Assembly: GCA_965204535.1 (NCBI GenBank)
Contig: CBDBEV010000001.1
Span: 2,624,001 to 2,688,000, forward strand
Direction: 5' to 3'
DNA from: a bacterium
Lineage (GTDB): Bacteria; UBA8248
Length of the DNA stretch: 64,000 bases
The notes beneath the pieces were generated by a model. It was not told the DNA's origin, did not search any database, and worked only from the letters and a program-made list of their open reading frames with translations. Below, in pieces: positions 27,531-34,929 of this stretch (the first letter of the stretch is position 1; every line of letters starts with the position of its first letter). The translations under genes and the position numbers were made by a program.

Positions 27531-28709
27531 ATGAGCGTTGTCGATATCCAGGTGGAAGGGGGTTGCCATAGCGATTTTTCGACCGTGGCAGAAACGTTCC
27601 GGGAGAACTTCGCGAGCCGGAGCGAGTTGGGGGCCGCCGTCTGCGTGTACAGGGACGGCGAGAAGGTCGTGGACCTCTGGGGAGGCCACCGCGACGACGC
27701 CCGCACGCAGCCCTGGACGGAAGACACCATCGTACTCATGAGTTCCATCGCCAAGAGCATGAGCGCGCTCGCGGTCCACATGCTCGTGGACCGGGGCCAG
27801 GTTTCGCTGGACGAACCGGTGGCGCGGTATTGGCCGGAATTCGCCCAAAGCGGCAAGGAAAACATACTGCTTCGGCACACCATCAGCCATCAATGCGGCG
27901 TCATCTTCTGTGACGCGGCGAAGCCCGGCGACTTTTTCGATTACCCGGCCCAGGTGGCCGCCATCGCAGCCCAGGAACCCGCATGGCCCGCGGGTTCGAA
28001 GGGCGCATACAATTCCATCAACTTCGGTTTCATTCACGGGGAGATCGTCCGCCGGGTGAGCGGCAAGCGGATCCGCGACTTCATCCGCGAGGAGATTACG
28101 GGCCCGCTCGGCGCGGACTACAACGTCGGTCTCAATGAGGAAGAACTCGCGCGCGTCGCGCCCATGCACCGGAATCCCGAGAACAAATTCTGGGAGATGG
28201 GGGAAAAGCCCGGCACGATGCTGCACAGGGCGTGGGGAAGCCGGCCGCTGGGCGTCGATCTGGTGAATTGCCGTGAGAACCGCGTGGGCGAGAACCCCTC
28301 CTCTGGCGGCCACGGAAACGCCCGCGCCATCGCGCGCGTGTACGCGATGCTGGCGGGTGGCGGCGAAATCGGCGGCGTCCGCCTGCTCCGGCCCGAAACG
28401 GTGGAGCGGCTCTCCAAGGTTCAGTGGGAGGGCGTCTGCGCGATGACCGGCGCGCCCCGGCGGATGGGCTTGGGCTTCATGCACAACTCCCCGCCCAACT
28501 CGCCGATGGGACCCAACATGAAGGCCTTCGGCCACGGCGGCTCCGGCGGGGCGTTTACGTTCTGTGACAGGGAGCGGAACATGGCCTTCGGCTACTGCAC
28601 CAACTACCAGCCCGAGGGGAATCCCCCGGGAATCCGCGCCCGCTCCCTGGTCGCGGCCGCTTTCGGCGAAGCACCGGACTGGGAACCCGGGGCGGAGGAA
28701 CCATTGTAG
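27531..28709 (+). CDS. Serine hydrolase, class C beta-lactamase/EstA family
   Basis: VVDLWGG, SIAK (SxxK), LDEPVARYWPEF, AFGHGGSGG. Confidence 0.93.
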   Translation: MSVVDIQVEGGCHSDFSTVAETFRENFASRSELGAAVCVYRDGEKVVDLWGGHRDDARTQPWTEDTIVLMSSIAKSMSALAVHMLVDRGQVSLDEPVARYWPEFAQSGKENILLRHTISHQCGVIFCDAAKPGDFFDYPAQVAAIAAQEPAWPAGSKGAYNSINFGFIHGEIVRRVSGKRIRDFIREEITGPLGADYNVGLNEEELARVAPMHRNPENKFWEMGEKPGTMLHRAWGSRPLGVDLVNCRENRVGENPSSGGHGNARAIARVYAMLAGGGEIGGVRLLRPETVERLSKVQWEGVCAMTGAPRRMGLGFMHNSPPNSPMGPNMKAFGHGGSGGAFTFCDRERNMAFGYCTNYQPEGNPPGIRARSLVAAAFGEAPDWEPGAEEPL

Positions 28710-28809
28710 TCGAGTGATTCTCCATTCGTGGGTGTGATTTCGACTAAACTGGTAGGGTTTAACCCCTCTTCTTCAAATTGAAGTGAATGGCGGAGGCGTT
28801 GTCGAACGC

Positions 28810-29199
28810 TCACTGCTCTTGCGTCGGCAACATCGAGAGCGTCATCTCCGCCTCTGCCGATACTTCGAGAACATGGTTGACTATGACGTCCATCGGGTCG
28901 CCGTGTTGGGACAGGAAAGCGATTGCGCCGCGAAGCAGCGCCTCCGAGCGTTCTCGGCCCACACTCGGCAAGATGACGAGGCCGGGATGCACGTCCCGTG
29001 CAGCGGCAAGGGCGCGGAAATCGCGCGCGTTGGCCGTCACGAGTACGAGGTCCTGCTCGATACATCTGGCCAATACGTTGTGATCCGACGCACCCAGCCC
29101 ACCGAAGTCGCGCGGATGCAGAGCAACATGATCCCCCTCGGCATTCAGGGTTTGGGCAACTCTGGGGGACAGACACTCATCAAGAAACATCCGCACCAC
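28810..29199 (-). CDS. DUF5615/VapC45-like PIN-domain toxin
   Basis: MFLDECLS, GASD..V, VLVTANARDF, HPGLVIL. Confidence 0.85.
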   Translation of the reverse strand: MVRMFLDECLSPRVAQTLNAEGDHVALHPRDFGGLGASDHNVLARCIEQDLVLVTANARDFRALAAARDVHPGLVILPSVGRERSEALLRGAIAFLSQHGDPMDVIVNHVLEVSAEAEMTLSMLPTQEQ

Positions 29200-29216
29200 T
29201 CGGCTGCAACCGCCGC

Positions 29217-29807
29217 TCAGGCCACGTTTCGCCAGGGTCTGCCGGACGGGCGTCCTCGGAGAGGATGGGTTTTGGCGTATATCTCGGCGGCCTCGAACGC
29301 TTCGCGCGGGATTTCCTGATAGTCCTCTACGAGATCGTCGACGCTGTCTCCGTCCTGCAGCCGCCCAAGAATCGCGTAAACCGTCAACCGTGTCCCGGCG
29401 ATAACCGGTGTGCCGCCGAGGATATTCTCATCTGATGTGATGTATCGATCTCGGGCTTTTCGGTATCGTTCGGCCTTACGCAGAGCGTCTGCCGCCAGGC
29501 GATCGAGATCGAGCATCGCGCCGGGTGTAAATTCGATTGTCTCGAGCTGCATGGGCTCGATCCGAATCATATTCGTCCAAATCGCCCGCTTATGGCGCAA
29601 AGGGAGGTCCGTAAGGTTGGCTGCCTTCAGGGCGTGGAAATAGACCACGGCGCGGATTGGGAGATAGCGCGTCGTGCCGCCACGAAGACGGGCCGGGCCG
29701 GCGAGGGGCCGCAAGACGCGGGCTTCCACGGTTTTTTCAATTGCCGTCCGGGGTACTCCCGAGAGGGCGGCGGTTTCTCGAATCGTCAAATCGGCCGTGA
29801 TAGGCAT
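29217..29807 (-). CDS. DUF433-domain antitoxin with N-terminal HTH-like extension
   Basis: ILGGTPVIAGTRLTV..IL..L..G.S..DL.EDY; directly upstream of the PIN gene. Confidence 0.88.
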   Translation of the reverse strand: MPITADLTIRETAALSGVPRTAIEKTVEARVLRPLAGPARLRGGTTRYLPIRAVVYFHALKAANLTDLPLRHKRAIWTNMIRIEPMQLETIEFTPGAMLDLDRLAADALRKAERYRKARDRYITSDENILGGTPVIAGTRLTVYAILGRLQDGDSVDDLVEDYQEIPREAFEAAEIYAKTHPLRGRPSGRPWRNVA

Positions 29808-29932
29808 AATTCATCCCCTTTTGGGAATGAATATAGGACAAGGCCGTATGGTTTGCAAGGCTTGCAAGGCCGGACCATTCGCGTTCCGGATGGTAAGCTG
29901 CGCCCGCGTTCAAGCAATGGCTTGCCGATCAT

Positions 29933-29952
29933 GGAGTTGTTGAAAAACTCCC
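29933..29952 (+). repeat. IS-terminus-like motif (related copies in opposite orientation at 34780, 37303 and 43468)
   Basis: GGAGTTGTTGAAAAACTCCC versus GGGGCTTTTTCAACAATCCC and GGGACTTTTTCAACAACCCC. Confidence 0.5.
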
Positions 29953-30047
29953 TCAAGGAGAGAGGGGGAATCCTTCCTTCCCTGTCGGGATTGATGAACA
30001 AGAAATTGTTTCGAGTTTCATCGCCCATGGGTTCCGGGGTCGTCGCT

Positions 30048-31280
30048 TCAGATCACGCCGTCTTCCTTGAGCCGGTCGATCTCTTCTTTCGCGAGGCCGA
30101 GCAGATCACCCAGAATCTCCTCGTTGTGCTGGCCGCTGAGCGGAGCGGGTTTGTCGTAGCCGCCGGGGGTTTTGTTGAATTTGAGCGGAAAGGCGGCCGT
30201 CTTGACGCCGCTCAAGGGACCCAGCGCGGGGTGGGGGAGGTCTTCGAGCATATTCCGCTCTTTCAGGTGCGGCCAGGCGAGGATGTCCCGGATGGTGTGG
30301 ACGGGTCCGCAGATGACGTCGAAGCGGCGAAGTGCGGAGAGCGCCTCCTCCACGGTGTGCTTTTCCGTCCACTCGGTGATGACGGCGTCCACCTCGTCGT
30401 TGTGTGTGATGCGGCCGCTTAAATCAGCGTAGCGTGGGTCGCCCACCAAGTCCTCGCGCCCCACGGCGCGCAGGATGTTGTTCCAGTGCTCATCGGTGCC
30501 CGAGCCGACCACCAGCCAGCCGTCGCTCGCCTCATATGCGTTGAAAGGGGATAGGCGCATGATGCGGTTTCCCAGTCGTTCGGGCAGCCCCAGCGCCTCG
30601 TAGCAGTCCATCGGTTCATCGAAAACGAGCGATAAGAGACAGTCCACCATGGAGACGTCCAGCCACTGCCCCTGGCCCGTGCGCTCGCGGTGTAAGAGCG
30701 CGGTGGTGATGGTGCCGAAGGCGAACGTGCCCCCGATGCTGTCCGCGATGGCGGAGCCCGCCTTGGTGGGGGGGCCGTCGGGGAAGCCGGTCAGGTTCAT
30801 GAGGCCCGAGACCGCCTGGGTGACGGCGTCGTAGCCCTTGAGCCGCGCGTCGGGGCCGCTTTGCCCGTAGCTGGTGATGGAGCAGTAGACGAGCCGGGGG
30901 TTGCGTTTTTCGAGCGTCTCGTAGTCGATTTTGAGCCTTTTCGTTACGCCCACCGAGAAGTTCTCGACGAGCACGTCGGCCTCATCCACCAGGCGGTAGA
31001 AAAGCTCCAGCCCGCGCGGCTCCTTGAGGTTCAAGGTCAGGGATTTCTTGTCCCGGGTCCGCTTCAGGTAGGCGATCCCCAAGTCGTCCTCGGTTTGCTT
31101 GTGGAAGGACACGCCCTCGGGGCCGGCGAAGGGAGGCCCCATGGCCACGACGTCGCCCGTGGCCGGGTGGTTCACCTTGATAACCTCTGCCCCCAGACCT
31201 GCCAACAGGAGCGTCGTCCAGGGCCCCGAGTAGAACTGGGTCAGGTCCAGCACCCGGAATCCTTCGAGTGGTTTCGGCAT
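30048..31280 (-). CDS. CaiB/BaiF class III CoA-transferase
   Basis: PLEGFRVLDLT, LGAEVIKV, ADVLVENF, NPRLVYCSITSYG, GYD, GQHNEEIL. Confidence 0.95.
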   Translation of the reverse strand: MPKPLEGFRVLDLTQFYSGPWTTLLLAGLGAEVIKVNHPATGDVVAMGPPFAGPEGVSFHKQTEDDLGIAYLKRTRDKKSLTLNLKEPRGLELFYRLVDEADVLVENFSVGVTKRLKIDYETLEKRNPRLVYCSITSYGQSGPDARLKGYDAVTQAVSGLMNLTGFPDGPPTKAGSAIADSIGGTFAFGTITTALLHRERTGQGQWLDVSMVDCLLSLVFDEPMDCYEALGLPERLGNRIMRLSPFNAYEASDGWLVVGSGTDEHWNNILRAVGREDLVGDPRYADLSGRITHNDEVDAVITEWTEKHTVEEALSALRRFDVICGPVHTIRDILAWPHLKERNMLEDLPHPALGPLSGVKTAAFPLKFNKTPGGYDKPAPLSGQHNEEILGDLLGLAKEEIDRLKEDGVI

Positions 31281-31314
31281 TAGTGGCTCCTTGGTCTGAT
31301 ATCGCCCCGCCGCC

Positions 31315-31393
31315 ATTCCGGCTTTCGGCGGAATGACGAACCAGGAAACGCATAGGTCGCCTTTGGCAGCGACAGGTCGCGACCTGTCCCTAC
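31315..31393. repeat. REP cluster: CGTC-type half element plus family A copy
   Basis: ATTCCGGCTTTCGGCGGAATGACG (31315-31338) and GCAGCGACAGGTCGCGACCTGTCCCTAC (31366-31393). Confidence 0.8.
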
Positions 31394-31440
31394 GGGTGAG
31401 GGATCAACTTACATGCGGCTCACCGTTGTTTTCCGTTTCG

Positions 31441-32310
31441 TTATGACACAACTGGAAGTGGTTGACCGTCCCCGCCGCCGTTCGCCTTCTCTTTCACGCG
31501 GCGCGCCTCGTCCATGGGGCACAGGGTGATGCAGGTCGCGCACATGTGCGGCGCGTTCTCGGTGAAGGCCATCATGCGTCCGGCGAGCTGGAGTTCGGGG
31601 TAGCCGTAGCGAGTCTTGAACACGTCGACGGCCTTCTCCGCCGAGACTTTTTGGGGGTACATCACCATGCACTTGTAGTGGTCCACCGCCCCGTCTCCGG
31701 GCAGCGCATGCGCCGGACAGGGCTTGATGCACTTGTAGCCGCACTGCACGCAGAATTCGGGCACCACGCCGTATCGTTTGGGCGGGTCGGCTTCGAGCGG
31801 GGCCGACGTGATGACGGCCCCCAGCCGTATGCGCGAGCCGTATTCGGCGGTGATGAGGTTGTTGTTCACGCCGATTTCGCCCATGCCTGCGTTCACCGCC
31901 GCGAGCCTCAAGTCAAAAGAACCCTGCATGAACACCTCGGGTTCCGCGCCTTCGCGCAGAATGCGGAGCGAGGGGATGTCCCGTCCGGCAGGCGTGGGCA
32001 GCGCCATGTGTCCCTCATCCTCGAGCCAGAGCGCCAAGCGGTATGAGAGCTTGTTGATCCAGGCTTCGTGCCCGTAATAGCCGAATTCGAGATAACCCAC
32101 CGAAGGCCGGGGCGTGGCGTTGCCGAAGGGCATCCGGCGCGCGAAGACGACGACGCTTCTGGCGCCCTTCACCAGGTCTTGGGGCTTGCAGCCGGGGAGC
32201 GCTTTCTCGTAGCCCTCGCACGAGGAAATGTTTACGAGGTCCGCGCCGAATTCACGGGCCTGCGCCTTGACGCCGCCTGAGGAAATCGCGGTGCTTGAGC
32301 CGTTTTCCAT
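31441..32310 (-). CDS. QueG/reductive-dehalogenase-like 2x[4Fe-4S] protein (paralogue 2)
   Basis: FGADLV, AAVNAGMGEIG.NNNLIT.EYGSRIRLGAVIT, CVQCGYKCIKPCP, CATCITLCP. Confidence 0.85.
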   Translation of the reverse strand: MENGSSTAISSGGVKAQAREFGADLVNISSCEGYEKALPGCKPQDLVKGARSVVVFARRMPFGNATPRPSVGYLEFGYYGHEAWINKLSYRLALWLEDEGHMALPTPAGRDIPSLRILREGAEPEVFMQGSFDLRLAAVNAGMGEIGVNNNLITAEYGSRIRLGAVITSAPLEADPPKRYGVVPEFCVQCGYKCIKPCPAHALPGDGAVDHYKCMVMYPQKVSAEKAVDVFKTRYGYPELQLAGRMMAFTENAPHMCATCITLCPMDEARRVKEKANGGGDGQPLPVVS

Positions 32311-32311
32311 C

Positions 32312-33214
32312 CTAGGGATTCTCCAGCAGGGCCGGGTCGATGACCTTGAGCGCGTCTTCATCGGTCCAGGATTCGCGGTGAAAGGGATTATCCGCGAAAT
32401 CGCGGCCCTGATCCATCGGGCAGAGCGCGATGCAGGTGCTGCATGGGTGCGGCGGGCTATCGGTGTAGGAGAGGCCCTTGGCCGCCATGATCATGGGCTT
32501 GCCCCGGAACAGTTCCTTGAAATGGGTGAGGGCCTTTTCCGGCGCGACCAGATCCGGCCGGATGACCATGCAGCGGTAGTGATCCACGGTGCCGTCGCCG
32601 GGCAGCGCGTTCGCGGGGCAGGCTTCCACGCAGCGAAAGCCGCATTCACGGCAGAACTCGGGTACCTCGCCGAACTGGTTGGGCGGGTCGGGCTCGAGCT
32701 TCGCCTCGGTGAACACCGCGCCCAGGCGGACGCGGGAGCCGTACTCCTGCGTAATGAGGCAGTTGTTGGCGCCGATTTCGCCGAGACCGGCCTTGACCGC
32801 CGCGAGACGCAAATCGAAGGAGCCGTGGAGGAAGACCCTGGGTTCGGCGCCTTCTTCTTCCACGCGGAAGTTCGTGATGTCGCGCCCGCACGGGGTGGCG
32901 CCCGAGAGCCAGCCCGCGTCTTCGAGATAAAGCGAGAGGCGATAGCAGGCTTCGTTCAGGAAATTCTCGGGGATGTATTCGCCGAATTCCATCGCGCCGA
33001 TGCTCGGGTACGGCGTGGCCGCGGCGAAGGGGACGCGCTTGGCCACCACGATCACGCTGTTCGCCATGTTGAAGAGGTCTCTGGGTCGGCGGCCCGGCTG
33101 CGCTTCCGCGAAATCCTCCGCCGATGCGACCCCCGCGAGGTCGGCGCCCAGCTCACGGGCGAGACGCTTTACCTCTTGCGTATCAATGGGTTTTCGGGCC
33201 TCGGTTCGGTCCAT
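32312..33214 (-). CDS. QueG/reductive-dehalogenase-like 2x[4Fe-4S] protein (paralogue 1)
   Basis: LGADLAGVA, AAVKAGLGEIG..NCLIT.EYGSRVRLGAVFT, CRECGFRCVEACP, CSTCIALCP. Confidence 0.85.
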   Translation of the reverse strand: MDRTEARKPIDTQEVKRLARELGADLAGVASAEDFAEAQPGRRPRDLFNMANSVIVVAKRVPFAAATPYPSIGAMEFGEYIPENFLNEACYRLSLYLEDAGWLSGATPCGRDITNFRVEEEGAEPRVFLHGSFDLRLAAVKAGLGEIGANNCLITQEYGSRVRLGAVFTEAKLEPDPPNQFGEVPEFCRECGFRCVEACPANALPGDGTVDHYRCMVIRPDLVAPEKALTHFKELFRGKPMIMAAKGLSYTDSPPHPCSTCIALCPMDQGRDFADNPFHRESWTDEDALKVIDPALLENP

Positions 33215-33482
33215 GGGAACCCTCGGGTTTCCGGTGTCGGCTCCGTTCTGTGACCTGGAACCGCTTGCCCTCTCGCGGCATTCGCTTAAGGCCAAAGTCT
33301 TCATGCGAGAGGATGGATTGAATCTATCACAGCGGCGCGATGAGGCAAAATCGCATCATGCGGGCCGTTCGATGAGCTTTTGTGCGGAATGCGCGCATCT
33401 CCCCGCATTTGCGGTAATAGAGAGACTCAAGGACCATGGCAGAATCCCCCTGCGCTTGGGTGTCCCGGGCGCCATATCCCCG

Positions 33483-33560
33483 GAAAATAATTTTCAGGAA
33501 TTTATCGAAAAACCTCGTGAATTTATCGATATTTATCGAATTTTTCAGGAATTATTATTT
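33483..33560. promoter_or_regulatory. AT-rich patch of direct repeats, probable operator/promoter of the divergent region
   Basis: TTTATCGA x3 (33501, 33522, 33532), TTTTCAGGAATT x2 (33491, 33542) and palindrome GAAAATAATTTTC. Confidence 0.5.
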
Positions 33561-33893
33561 GCATTTTGCGCCTTCCGCGTCTTGCCCGAGCGGCGGCCCG
33601 ATTTCTGCGGGCAGCACCCCTTCCGCCGCCTGAAAAACCGGAGGCCGACGGACGGGCCTCTCCAGCATACCCCGTCGACGCGAAAGACCCCCGGCGCCAA
33701 ATGCGGGGAATTGCAGGGGTCGCCTCTTCGTTCACCGGAGCCACTCTCTCGCCCGACACGGACGTCGCTCGTCAGGGTGCGCGTCCACTGACCCCGCATT
33801 GACACCGCACCCCCCGCGTGAAAGCATCGCGGAAAACATCACCAACCAAGCGGGCGCTCTTGCCGCCTCCCGCCTCTCGATAAGGAGAGAAAG

Positions 33894-34490
33894 ATGATTC
33901 GGCGTATCGCTCGGTGTGCGGCCGCGGCATGTCTCGCGGTTTTCGCGGCGCTCGCGTTCTTCTCGCATCATGCGCAAGGCATGGAAAAGCAAGTTGTCTT
34001 CATCAAGGCGTTTTATCCCCTGGATGAGCCGAGGTTTCACTGCATCGACATCCCCGGCCACCGCGACCGCGTGAGAACCACAGCCGCCCTCGTCGTGCAT
34101 ACCTGCAAGGAGGGCATCTGGAATCTCGATGGGCAGTTCGACCCCGCCGCTGTAAAGAAGGGCATGCTCCGGATGCCCGAATACGATCTGTGCGTCGCGG
34201 CGGCCTCCCCGACCGACGGCGCGAAGCTCGTGCTCAAAAAATGCGGCGGCGCGGCTCTCCAGAACTGGCGCTTCGAGAACTACCGCCTGAGCTTAAAGGC
34301 GCATCCCGACAAGTGCATCACCATCGGTCCCGAGCCGTCGCGCCTCACGCGGGGCGGGCGCAGGCTGCCGAGCCGGCACATGGCGCGCTCCCTCGCCCTC
34401 GGGACGTGCTCCGAAGAAGCGCTCGAGAGACAGCTCTGGCGGCTGGAGCGGCCCATGCGGCGCACCGGCTCCATCATGCCGTTCAAGTAG
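33894..34490 (+). CDS. Exported protein with ricin-B/beta-trefoil-like repeats
   Basis: Signal peptide; CIDIPG, LCVAA, LVLKKC....QNW, KCITI, C....QLW (QxW repeats). Confidence 0.7.
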   Translation: MIRRIARCAAAACLAVFAALAFFSHHAQGMEKQVVFIKAFYPLDEPRFHCIDIPGHRDRVRTTAALVVHTCKEGIWNLDGQFDPAAVKKGMLRMPEYDLCVAAASPTDGAKLVLKKCGGAALQNWRFENYRLSLKAHPDKCITIGPEPSRLTRGGRRLPSRHMARSLALGTCSEEALERQLWRLERPMRRTGSIMPFK

Positions 34491-34509
34491 GGCGAGGCGC
34501 GCCAATTCC

Positions 34510-34866
34510 TCATCCTGAGCAGGCGCGCAAGCGCCGTATCGAAGGATGGGGGGCGCATTTCTCCGGCGGGCGCGAATTTCGCCCTTCGACAGGCTCAGGA
34601 CAGGCCCCTTCGATACGCCGCCTTCGGCGGCTACTCAGGGTGAGGGGCGTCGGGCAACGGCGGAGCCTGTCCCGAGCGAAGTCGAGGGGCCGCTACTCAG
34701 GGTGAGGCGGAGAGGCAGGCCACGCAAAACGGGGGGAGGGTTCGAGGCCGAACCGAATCCTCCCGCATCATCTAAACATGGGTTTGCAACAACCCCGAAG
34801 AGGGAGGAATTGTTCCGAGCGGGGTGGATGATGATTTTGTAGGGACAGGTCGCGACCTGTCCCTAC
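34510..34866. repeat. REP-like mosaic cluster (CCTGAG...TCGAAGG family, IS-end-like motif, family A copy)
   Basis: CATCCTGAG..TCGAAGGATG, CCCTTCGACAGGCTCAGGAC, GCTACTCAGGGTGAGG x2, GTAGGGACAGGTCGCGACCTGTCCCTAC (34839-34866). Confidence 0.85.
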
Positions 34867-34929
34867 GATATGATGTGAAGCTCATCATTCGTTTGGTTTT
34901 GCGATGTTACGACGAGGAGGACTTACGCC

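Noticed and set aside
31441-33214. Calling these genes queG or respiratory rdhA
   Set aside because: They are duplicated and short, with no Tat signal or rdhB anchor. Specific function cannot be supported from motifs alone.
33745-33780. Hammerhead ribozyme (CTGACGAG on the minus strand) or cobalamin riboswitch upstream of the B12-type genes
   Set aside because: No GAAA core after the stem and no B12-box or GGGAA/GCCACTG consensus found.
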